NCBI GenBank assembly: GCA_038321985.1
Contig: JBBQFN010000047.1
Span: 1-36,091, forward strand
Direction: 5' to 3'
Length of the DNA: 36,091 nt
Source of the DNA: Cyanophyceae cyanobacterium
GTDB taxonomy: Bacteria > Cyanobacteriota > Cyanobacteriia > Cyanobacteriales > Laspinemataceae
Of this stretch, positions 18,181 to 25,975 are shown in pieces. How positions within the stretch are numbered: the stretch's first letter is position 1; each line of letters starts with the position of its first letter. Under the pieces are notes generated by a model. It saw only the letters and a program-made list of their open reading frames with translations, searched no databases and was not told the origin of the DNA. The translations under genes and the position numbers were made by a program.

Positions 18181-18536
18181 GCAGCTTTATGAGATATATC
18201 TGTACAGTAAAACTACAGATACATTCTGGAACTGTTAGCTCTATTCGGTCGGTTGTCGTCTTAATATCACAGGACCCACAGTCCTTGAATCTTCAGAAGA
18301 GTTACTGCCTTGTTTTCGTATCAAACTTAGCCAGACACTCAGGGTGGAGAGATGAACAGGAGTGGAATGAATGCTCTTAAATCAGGTATTCATCACTTCG
18401 TATCTCTTACCTGAAAGGCTGGCTAAATTTGATACCAGACCAAGGTAATAACTCTTCTGATGAGTCAAGGTACAGGGGTGCTGCTTATAAGACGAGAACC
18501 CAAGCGTAAGGCTTGCGTTGTTCTCTAAGCTGCTAC
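18181..18536 (-). ncRNA. Putative large structured RNA / 5' leader with ~250-nt imperfect hairpin upstream of the NYN gene
   Basis: Arms 18251-18374 and 18386-18500 are reverse-complementary (e.g. TCAGAAGAGTTA/TAACTCTTCTGA, GTATCAAA/TTTGATAC, TTAGCCAG/CTGGCTAA, TCGTCTTA/TAAGACGA); outer stem GCAGCTT(18181-87)/AAGCTGC(18527-33); promoter directly upstream. Confidence 0.72.
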
Positions 18537-18542
18537 AACCTA

Positions 18543-18571
18543 AAGCTAAACTATAGATACTGGTTTGTCAA
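18543..18571 (-). promoter_or_regulatory. Sigma70-type promoter for the hairpin RNA-NYN unit
   Basis: Minus strand TTGACA (18571-18566), 17-nt spacer, TAGCTT (18548-18543); predicted TSS about 18536. Confidence 0.75.
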
Positions 18572-18732
18572 GGGCGATCGCAAAATTTCTTTCTCGGACC
18601 CTCATCCCTTGCTAGAGTCCCTAGAGTCCATAACCCTTTTCCCATACATAGCCTACCTGCGCGGACTACCCCGCACCGAAGCCCCTAGGACCTCTACGTT
18701 CATGGGGCCAGACCCTTCAGGGTCTCAGTCAA

Positions 18733-18769
18733 CATCACCGGCATTGGTACCGCCCGAAATCAGATTAAT
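18733..18769 (+). pseudogene. Degenerate partial duplicate of the LOG-family gene
   Basis: 33/37 nt identical to 16165-16201; the locus reads ITGIGTARNQINIL versus ITGMGSARNNINVL. Confidence 0.7.
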
Positions 18770-19144
18770 ATCCTACCTCAAGAACGACTAACTCGCAAAA
18801 TTTTTAGAAGGGCGATCGCCTGCTTCAATTCGGTACTGAATTGCCTACTCAGAAATTCGGATGGTTTCTTCAGTTAAAGGTACCGGATACCAGGAGGTTG
18901 CCTCCGAGTCAGGACTCCGACGATTCACTAAAGCATCTAATGCTTCTAAATCATCTCGATAAGCTAATAAATAGGGTTTTAATTCCTATGGGGACATCAG
19001 GTCAAATTTCGGATTCATCAATAAAATTCCATTCTCCACTGGACATAACAATCACTTTTAAATCATCCCCGGCTAAAATTTAAATATTTCCCTAACAATT
19101 ATTTCTAAGTTGTTTAAAATCCACCCTTTTAAAACCTCAATTAA

Positions 19145-19570
19145 TTACTCAGCAGAAGGCAACAGGGCGAGAAATTGAACTGCTTTGATAATTGAAATGT
19201 TACCGTAACTACTTAAATCGAGTAGGTCTTTATCCCCTGCAACAATATAACTTGCTTCCGCCACCACTGCACAAGCGATGACTTCATCATCATCTGGGTC
19301 ATCAGGAACAACCCGCTCAACAGTCTGCACTGCTATAATTTCTGCTAATGCTGCATAATCTGCAACCAATTCTTCTGCCGTTAAGTTAAGAATTGTCGTT
19401 AGTCTCGCCACAAACTTGGGACGATTCAATACATCGAGCAATTCATCTAACAACGCTTGAGACGTGCAAATAGAAATCGTACCGGAACGTGCCATTTCTA
19501 AAATCCGGCGGGGATGTCCACCCCAAAAGATGCCAGAAATGAGCGTATTGGTATCGAGAACTACCCGCAT
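19145..19570 (-). CDS. PIN-domain toxin (TIGR00305/PIN_3-like)
   Basis: MRVVLDTNTLISG, LLDELLDVL.RPKF, DDPDDDEVIACA, IVAGDKDLL. Confidence 0.92.
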   Translation of the reverse strand: MRVVLDTNTLISGIFWGGHPRRILEMARSGTISICTSQALLDELLDVLNRPKFVARLTTILNLTAEELVADYAALAEIIAVQTVERVVPDDPDDDEVIACAVVAEASYIVAGDKDLLDLSSYGNISIIKAVQFLALLPSAE

Positions 19571-19572
19571 CG

Positions 19573-19881
19573 TTAGACTCCATCTCTCTTGTTCATGCGT
19601 TTTTCCGAGCGATACGCCTCTATTTCTGTCTGAATTTCATCTTCTGAAATGGGATCAACTTCGTTAAACTGCGAAAGTTTATCGGCAGCAGCAAAAAAAC
19701 GTTGGATGTGCTCTTTTTGGGAGAGAGTTTCTTCAGATGTAGCTAAAGATTTCCGGTGAATGACGATGAGATCTTCATTCCATGCCATCCATAACTCGGG
19801 AGTATTTTTCAGGCTTTCTTTCAGGTCATCGGGTAACACCAATGTACCATCATCTAAAATATCAATTTTTTGGGATTGCAT
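19573..19881 (-). CDS. Putative antitoxin of the PIN toxin (AbrB-like N-terminus)
   Basis: Ends 2 nt before the toxin ATG; GGAGG RBS; IDILDDGTLVLPDDLKESL and C-terminal ISEDEIQTEIEAYR. Confidence 0.7.
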   Translation of the reverse strand: MQSQKIDILDDGTLVLPDDLKESLKNTPELWMAWNEDLIVIHRKSLATSEETLSQKEHIQRFFAAADKLSQFNEVDPISEDEIQTEIEAYRSEKRMNKRDGV

Positions 19882-19979
19882 GATATTCCTCCAAATTGGG
19901 GTTTTGTCTATTATAGAGACATATTATAGAGTCAACTAACCTTTGTTCCAACAGAGCCTGTATTCTTAGGCTTAGTTTA

Positions 19980-20009
19980 TATAGCCGAACCCTACTGGGT
20001 GCGACTATA
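19980..20009. repeat. 30-bp TATAG...CTATA-bounded inverted repeat just after the wecB stop
   Basis: TATAGCCGAACCC-tact-GGGTGCGACTATA. Confidence 0.55.
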
Positions 20010-20013
20010 CCTT

Positions 20014-21141
20014 TCATTTCTGCAACTTCTTCCGGACAATTTCTACTATTTTTTCTGACGCATGACCATCGCCAAAAGGATTGACGGCGGTTGCCATTTT
20101 TTGATAGGAATCCTCATCCTTTAATAACGCACTGGCTGCTGTAAAAATCTCTAGGCAATCGGTGCCCACTAATTTTGCGGTACCAGCGTCGATCGCCTCG
20201 GGACGTTCCGTGGTTTCTCTTAACACTAAAACGGGTTTCCCTAATGCCGGTGCTTCTTCTTGCAATCCGCCGGAATCGGTTAATAATAAATAGCATCGTT
20301 GCATGGCACCAACTAATTCCGCATAGTCTAACGGTTCGGTTAAAAATACCCGAGGATGATTACCTAATATCGCTTGTAACGGTTCCCGGACGGTGGGGTT
20401 TTTATGCAAGGGTAACAGTAAGGCAGTATCGGGAAATTCATTCAAGGTTTTGAGAAATCCTTGGGCAATTTCCGTTAGAGGTTCGCCCCAATTTTCGCGA
20501 CGGTGAACCGTGGCGAGTAAGACCCGATATTGTTGCCAATCTAATCCGGGGATGGGACAGTCCGGATGGCGGGAGGCGACGGACAATAAGGCATCAATGA
20601 CAGTATTTCCGGTGAGGTGAATGTCTCCAGTGACGCCCGATCGCTCTAAATTTTCCACCGCTTTTGTGGTGGGAGCAAAATGCAGTTGCGCCAGTTGGGA
20701 AATTAACCGGCGATTAGCTTCTTCGGGATAGGGATTGAAGAGCTCATCGGTCCTTAAACCCGCTTCAACGTGACCGATCGCAATCTTTTGATAAAACGCA
20801 GCTAAAGCCCCAGCAAAGGCGGTGGTAGTATCCCCTTGAACAATAAGCAAATGAGGGGTCGTCTCTTGTAAGAAGCCTTCGAGTCCCTGTAAACTACCGC
20901 AGGTGATATCCGTGAGGGTTTGCTGATGTTTCATGATCCCCAAATCCCGATCGGCTTGTAGGTCAAACAGGGTCATAACTTGCTCCACCATCTCCCGATG
21001 TTGGCCGGTTAAAATAACTTGGGTCACGAAATCGGGCGATCGCCGGAATGCCTGGATCACCGGGGCCAGTTTAATCGCTTCAGGACGGGTTCCCAGGGCA
21101 ATTAAGATTTTAAAGGGAGTATTTAGCATGGGCAGCATCAT
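20014..21141 (-). CDS. wecB: UDP-N-acetylglucosamine 2-epimerase (non-hydrolysing); start may be a few codons downstream
   Basis: GTRPEAIKLAP, TGQHREM, VQGDTTT, HVEAGLRT, PEEANR, TDSGGLQEEAP, NPFGDGHAS. Confidence 0.96.
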   Translation of the reverse strand: MMLPMLNTPFKILIALGTRPEAIKLAPVIQAFRRSPDFVTQVILTGQHREMVEQVMTLFDLQADRDLGIMKHQQTLTDITCGSLQGLEGFLQETTPHLLIVQGDTTTAFAGALAAFYQKIAIGHVEAGLRTDELFNPYPEEANRRLISQLAQLHFAPTTKAVENLERSGVTGDIHLTGNTVIDALLSVASRHPDCPIPGLDWQQYRVLLATVHRRENWGEPLTEIAQGFLKTLNEFPDTALLLPLHKNPTVREPLQAILGNHPRVFLTEPLDYAELVGAMQRCYLLLTDSGGLQEEAPALGKPVLVLRETTERPEAIDAGTAKLVGTDCLEIFTAASALLKDEDSYQKMATAVNPFGDGHASEKIVEIVRKKLQK

Positions 21142-21354
21142 CAGCAGGTTAACAACGGGCGGAGCAAACCTATTCTGTTACAAGATGTCAAGTTTTGGGA
21201 ACACTTTGTCAAAGATAGGGGTGAATTAGATTTATCTTAGAATACATCCACGCCCTGATGGCGAAACTGGTTTGATCGCCTGGATTCCCCCAATCTTGAC
21301 TAGACTAAGCTAACCGTCTAATTTCTAATCGCTGTTCGTTAAAGACATAGAGTC

Positions 21355-22620
21355 ATGACACAATCCCAGCGTCCACCCCTTCCACCCCCACCACCCCCGC
21401 CTCCAGGTCGGCCTCCGGCAGCACGTGTTCCTGGGGGTCCCCCACCACCACCCCCGCCTCCAGGTCGGCCTCCGGGCCCCCCTGCTGGGATACCCGCAGC
21501 CGCACAAGCAGCGACTCCTGCGGCACCCGCAGCCCCCAAGGGTCCCGGCCCTAGTCCCGGACACCCCACGTTGCGTGACCTGGTTGTACAGGCTAATGAA
21601 GAGGGAATTTCGGACATTCACGTAGGGGTCAATGAACTGCCTCGCTTCCGCAAGCGCGGGGATATTGCAGAGGCAGGCTATCCCGTCACTGACCTCAATA
21701 CGTTTATGAGCTGGTTGCGCGAATGCATGAGCACGGAAGAAATCCAGCAATTCCAAGAAAATTTAGACTTTGACGGGGCGTTTGATTTTGGATTTGTGCG
21801 CGTCCGGGTCAGTGCATTTGACTCGTTAGCAGGTCCGGCGATGGTGTTGCGACTGATTGCTGCCAAAATCTTGACGATGGAACAATTGGGTTTACCCGAA
21901 GTATTTAAAAAAGTCTGTCATTATCACAAGGGTTTGGTGTTGGTGACTGGACCGACGGGTTCGGGTAAGTCAACCACAATGGCGGCAATGATTGACTACA
22001 TGAATAATACGTTCCCGTATCACATGATCACCATTGAAGACCCTGTGGAATTTGTCCATCAAAGTAAGAAATCCCTGATTAAACACCGGGAAGTTGGTCG
22101 GCATACCCTCAAGTTTTTCAATGCGCTCAAAGGGGCGTTACGTCAAGACCCAGACATGATGTTGGTGGGAGAAATTCGGGACAAGGAGACGGTAGGAATT
22201 GCCATTAAAGCGGCGTCTACGGGTCACTTGGTTATGGGAACGCTGCATACGAATAGTGCGGTAAAAACCCTAACTCGGATTCTGGATATGTTCTCAGCGG
22301 AAGAACAAATTTCGATTCGGGTTTCCCTGTCAGAAATTTTGGTGGCAATTATTGCTCAATTGTTGTGCAAAACCACCGATGGTAAACGAGCCGCTTTCCA
22401 CGATATCCTGATTAATACGGATGTCATCAAGGAATATATTCTCAAAGAACAGTATGAGGATATTCAACAAATCATGCTGAAAGATACTTATGAAGGCATG
22501 ACGACGATGAACCGATCGCTCTATGATCTATATCAAGAAGGGCGGATTACAGAAGAGATTTCGTTGGAACAGTCGCCTACACCGAACGAAATGGCTCAAA
22601 TGCTCCGAGGTCGAATTTAA
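21355..22620 (+). CDS. pilT: Type IV pilus retraction ATPase PilT (Pro-rich N-terminal, PilT2-like)
   Basis: SDIH, GPTGSGKSTT Walker A, TIEDPVE, LRQDPD..LVGEIRD, TGHLVMGTLHTNSA. Confidence 0.93.
   Translation: MTQSQRPPLPPPPPPPPGRPPAARVPGGPPPPPPPPGRPPGPPAGIPAAAQAATPAAPAAPKGPGPSPGHPTLRDLVVQANEEGISDIHVGVNELPRFRKRGDIAEAGYPVTDLNTFMSWLRECMSTEEIQQFQENLDFDGAFDFGFVRVRVSAFDSLAGPAMVLRLIAAKILTMEQLGLPEVFKKVCHYHKGLVLVTGPTGSGKSTTMAAMIDYMNNTFPYHMITIEDPVEFVHQSKKSLIKHREVGRHTLKFFNALKGALRQDPDMMLVGEIRDKETVGIAIKAASTGHLVMGTLHTNSAVKTLTRILDMFSAEEQISIRVSLSEILVAIIAQLLCKTTDGKRAAFHDILINTDVIKEYILKEQYEDIQQIMLKDTYEGMTTMNRSLYDLYQEGRITEEISLEQSPTPNEMAQMLRGRI
21388..21475 (+). repeat. Identical 31-bp direct repeats in the Pro-rich pilT N-terminus
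   Basis: CCACCACCCCCGCCTCCAGGTCGGCCTCCGG at 21388-21418 and 21445-21475 (period 57, in frame). Confidence 0.9.
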
Positions 22621-22656
22621 AAGTTCAGAAACTCCTGTTTTGTGTGTGAAGCAATG

Positions 22657-22708
22657 AGTTATGAAGGGTAAGAGATCCAACCAGGGCGATCGTTTACCCT
22701 TCATAACT
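22657..22708. repeat. 15-bp perfect inverted repeat between pilT and the KaiB-like gene
   Basis: AGTTATGAAGGGTAA...TTACCCTTCATAACT with a 22-nt loop. Confidence 0.75.
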
Positions 22709-22773
22709 ATTCCGGGGTTGCCCTCCATGTCCTACTTTCTCAATCGCCTATTCTTTCATTTAGCGATCGCGAT

Positions 22774-23550
22774 TTGTTGAAAAACCAGTCCTCTTCTGTT
22801 CCGGAATTATTTAAAGGGATTGCTCTGTTTACTCCAGGGGGAGACCTAATTTACTGTATAGATCCCAGCAAAAGAACTCGGTGGCACCTGAATTTGTGTG
22901 CCGTACTACAAGAATGGCTGGGGCTTCCCGAACCTCCGCATTTCCTAGTTCCTTGTTATACGGCAACTGTGGACCGATGGCTTGACCCCTATACAGGACA
23001 ACTACAAACTTCGGCGATCGCCTCGGGCCCGGTCCTGCGCTATCAAGCCCTGCTCAATGCTATCTTTGAACTGGATGGGTTGGCCTGGGCTATCGCCCCC
23101 TGGTCGGAGGAGTTATGTCATCCAATGGTTTTAGCCACCTATCGGCAGCGGTTTCCCCAACTCTGGGACAATCATGAATTGATCGTCCGCTTGGAGTCAA
23201 CCACTACCGATAACCCCGTACACCCACCGAATTTATCCCCGAAGTTGAGGTTTCCCTTGTCTGAACAAACCCCGACTCAAGGATACGTGCTCCGCTTATT
23301 TGTTTCGGGTCATACAGGAGCAACCGAGAGAACCCTTAAGACCTTGCATCAGCTTTTGGAAGAGTCTTTAGGCTATCCCTATACCTTGAAAGTGATTGAT
23401 GTTTCAAAACATCCCGAACAGGCAGAACAGGCCCAAGTTTCTGCTACGCCTACCCTGGTGAAAATGTGGCCCTTGCCGGTGCGCCGGATTGTCGGAAATT
23501 TAGAAGATGAAGATAAAATTCTGAATCTCCTGGGTTGTGTAAAATCGTAA
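22774..23550 (+). CDS. Protein with C-terminal KaiB-like domain
   Basis: GYVLRLFVSG...YTLKVIDVSKHPEQAEQAQVSATPTLVKMWPLPVRRIVGNL; ~165-aa N-terminal extension, so not canonical KaiB. Confidence 0.88.
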   Translation: MLKNQSSSVPELFKGIALFTPGGDLIYCIDPSKRTRWHLNLCAVLQEWLGLPEPPHFLVPCYTATVDRWLDPYTGQLQTSAIASGPVLRYQALLNAIFELDGLAWAIAPWSEELCHPMVLATYRQRFPQLWDNHELIVRLESTTTDNPVHPPNLSPKLRFPLSEQTPTQGYVLRLFVSGHTGATERTLKTLHQLLEESLGYPYTLKVIDVSKHPEQAEQAQVSATPTLVKMWPLPVRRIVGNLEDEDKILNLLGCVKS

Positions 23551-23631
23551 GTTGATGCAGCGAAAATGAGGAATGAATTGATCAACTATGGAAATTCTCA
23601 CCTGCTGCGATCGCCGTTAAATTATCAAAAA

Positions 23632-23650
23632 GGGCGCACAGTGTGCGCCC
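23632..23650. repeat. REP-like palindrome between convergent genes
   Basis: GGGCGCACA-g-TGTGCGCCC. Confidence 0.65.
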
Positions 23651-23718
23651 CCTGATTTGGGAAACTTTTACCTATGGAGGGGGTAATATCCCCAACTCCT
23701 GAAGCACTTCAAAGCGAA

Positions 23719-24489
23719 TTAGAGGGGTTGTAGGGTTTCAAATAACAAGGCGATCGCTGGTTCGAGTTTAGATACAGCGACGTCCGTTGCCGAAATTAAC
23801 AACAAATAAACACTCAGATCGCGCTGACGCACTAAAATTGTCCCCTGCATTGGGGTCTTATTATTCAAAATCCCCGTCCAAGGAACCAGTACCTCTCCTG
23901 GGGCGATCGCCCTAAATTCAGTGGGGCTAAATCCTTCTCCGCGCTTAAATTCCTCAATGGCAATTTCTGCCAACTCCTCATTACTCAAGGCGCGGGAAGT
24001 CGCCAAGGGTTGGACAATCACTGTATAGGCTAAATTCCCATCGGGAGACTCGATTAAGGGAATCCCTGCAGAAGACCCAACTTTATAGGGTTGGAGAGGA
24101 CCTCTGTCTGCCTCCGGGTCTCCATCTCCATCTTGGGCTTCTAGGTATTCCGCGAGAACTCCCACCGTAAAGCGTTCCCCGGGATCTTTATACGGTACTT
24201 CACTCAACCGCACCGGAGTTGCCTCCAGTTCTTCCGGAGACAGAGTGGGGGCGCTTGTGGGGGCTACCGATGGAGCGGAAGCGGGGGTAGCTGGGGTAGC
24301 TCGGGTAGCCCCTCTTTGGGCGATTTGAATCACCGAGGGAGGAGCCTCAGCCGCCCGAGCATTTAACTGCAAATTAGAAAGTCCAACCTGGGGGTGCAGG
24401 TTAACAGTGCGATAGTCCGCAATCATCAGGATCAGCGCAGTCAACAGTCCCAAACCGAGCAGCCAAAGCCGGTTTCGTTTCATTCTCAA
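23719..24489 (-). CDS. Hypothetical exported or membrane-anchored protein with Ala/Pro-rich linker
   Basis: Basic N-terminus + hydrophobic stretch, low-complexity linker, globular C-terminus. Confidence 0.75.
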   Translation of the reverse strand: MRMKRNRLWLLGLGLLTALILMIADYRTVNLHPQVGLSNLQLNARAAEAPPSVIQIAQRGATRATPATPASAPSVAPTSAPTLSPEELEATPVRLSEVPYKDPGERFTVGVLAEYLEAQDGDGDPEADRGPLQPYKVGSSAGIPLIESPDGNLAYTVIVQPLATSRALSNEELAEIAIEEFKRGEGFSPTEFRAIAPGEVLVPWTGILNNKTPMQGTILVRQRDLSVYLLLISATDVAVSKLEPAIALLFETLQPL

Positions 24490-24538
24490 AGTCCTCGTTT
24501 CAAAATGCGAGTGATTTATTCAGGAAATTGGCAGTCGC

Positions 24539-25975
24539 CTAGCGGCCTAATACAGCGGCGTTACCGATATCGAATAAACCCGCCATGCAGCCGGTCATTA
24601 ACGTAGCCAGAGTACCTGCCCACAGAGCTTTAAACCCTAGGGATGCCACTTCATTGCGGCGTTCGGGAATCAAGCCGGATAACCCCCCGACGAAAATGCC
24701 GTAGGAGGCAAAATGGGTAAATCCACAAAGCACATAGCTGACGATTAACAGGGCGCGATTGCTCAGTTCCCCACTCTGAGATAATACCCCCAGGGCTTGA
24801 TAGGGGGGAATATTGGTTTCAAATAGTCGTCGTCCAATTAAGAGGGAAGAGGTCCACAATTCGTGCCACTCTAGGGACACCCCGGTTAAAAAGGTCAGGG
24901 GTAAGAATAACATTCCCAGGAGATTGGCTAGAGGATTAGCAAAGAATTGGGTAATTAAAGAAGGGTCACCGGCTGGAGATGCTCCAAGCACGAGAGTTGA
25001 GATTCCACTAAAGACCGCATTAATCAGGGCAACCATGCCCAGAATGGCAATAATCGCTGCTGCAATTCCCACCGCCATTTTCACCCCATCCAAGGCACCA
25101 CCAATTAAACTATCCATTGGGTTGGGACGTTTAGAGGAGTCCAAATCTTTGTCATCGGGAATATGACCGAGGGTTTTGGGTTCGCCGGTTTCGGGGATTA
25201 ACAGTTTAGAAATCACGAAACAAGCGGGAATGGTCATAATCGAAGCGGAGACCAAGTGACCGGCGATGGAGGGAAAAGTGGGGCGTAATAAACCGGCATA
25301 GAGGGCCAGGACAGACGAGGCGATCGAGCCAAAGCAACTGGTCAAAACCGCACAGAGTTCGCTCCGGGTCATGTCTAATAAGAAGGGTTTGATGGCGATC
25401 GCCGACTCAATCCCTACAAAAATATTAGCCGCCCCTGCCACCGATTCCGCACCACTGATTCCCATGGTTTTCTGGAAAATGATCGCAAACCACTTCACCA
25501 CAGGCTGAATAATATTCAGGCGATACAGCAGACTGACTAATCCAGAAAAGAAAATAACTTGGGGTAAGGCGCGAAATGCCAAAATGTAAGCAAAACCCGG
25601 ATTGAGGTTATCTGGACTGAGGCGATCGCCCGCAACGGCCACATAGGGAGTACCTACAGTTCGGGCAATCCAGCGACCGGCTGGCCCTGGACCCACTGCA
25701 AAATTGGGGTCTGCCACCAACATCGAAGTCGGTCCCCCAAATAGGAACCTTGCCCCCGCTTCCGAGGCATCTAAGACAACATTAAGTAAACTACTTAGTC
25801 CTTCAACGAGATGGCTTCCTATACCAAAAACGATTAATCCCACAACCATTTGTAGGCCGATTCCCCAAAAAATGACCTTCCAGGGAATAATGCGACGATC
25901 TTCGGAACCTAGCCATGCAATAAAGCATAGAGCCACGATTCCTAGTAATGAGAGTAAATTTAATATCGGGTTCAT
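24539..25975 (-). CDS. Concentrative nucleoside transporter (NupC/CNT family); likely start ATG 25975
   Basis: GARFLFG, AFRALPQVIFFS, SGAES..AANIFVG, HLVSASIM..PA, LCGFTHFAS.GI..GG, LATLMTGC.AG. Confidence 0.9.
   Translation of the reverse strand: MNPILNLLSLLGIVALCFIAWLGSEDRRIIPWKVIFWGIGLQMVVGLIVFGIGSHLVEGLSSLLNVVLDASEAGARFLFGGPTSMLVADPNFAVGPGPAGRWIARTVGTPYVAVAGDRLSPDNLNPGFAYILAFRALPQVIFFSGLVSLLYRLNIIQPVVKWFAIIFQKTMGISGAESVAGAANIFVGIESAIAIKPFLLDMTRSELCAVLTSCFGSIASSVLALYAGLLRPTFPSIAGHLVSASIMTIPACFVISKLLIPETGEPKTLGHIPDDKDLDSSKRPNPMDSLIGGALDGVKMAVGIAAAIIAILGMVALINAVFSGISTLVLGASPAGDPSLITQFFANPLANLLGMLFLPLTFLTGVSLEWHELWTSSLLIGRRLFETNIPPYQALGVLSQSGELSNRALLIVSYVLCGFTHFASYGIFVGGLSGLIPERRNEVASLGFKALWAGTLATLMTGCMAGLFDIGNAAVLGR

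Noticed and set aside
18171..18380. 69-aa plus-strand ORF over the hairpin region
   Set aside because: Non-ATG start, no recognisable motif, antisense to the promoter-NYN unit; the region is better explained by the inverted repeat
18150..18571. Retron msr-msd or CRISPR/tracrRNA interpretation of the hairpin
   Set aside because: No reverse transcriptase or cas gene in the window and no repeat-spacer array
18612..18629. CTAGAGTCC tandem 9-mer upstream of the NYN promoter
   Set aside because: Only two short copies; insufficient to claim an operator or array
18513..19083. ORFs 18513-18791 and 18841-19083
   Set aside because: TTG starts, no family motifs; the only protein-like signal is the LOG fragment in a different frame
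22774..23550. Calling this gene kaiB
   Set aside because: The KaiB-like domain is only the C-terminal third and there is no adjacent kaiA/kaiC
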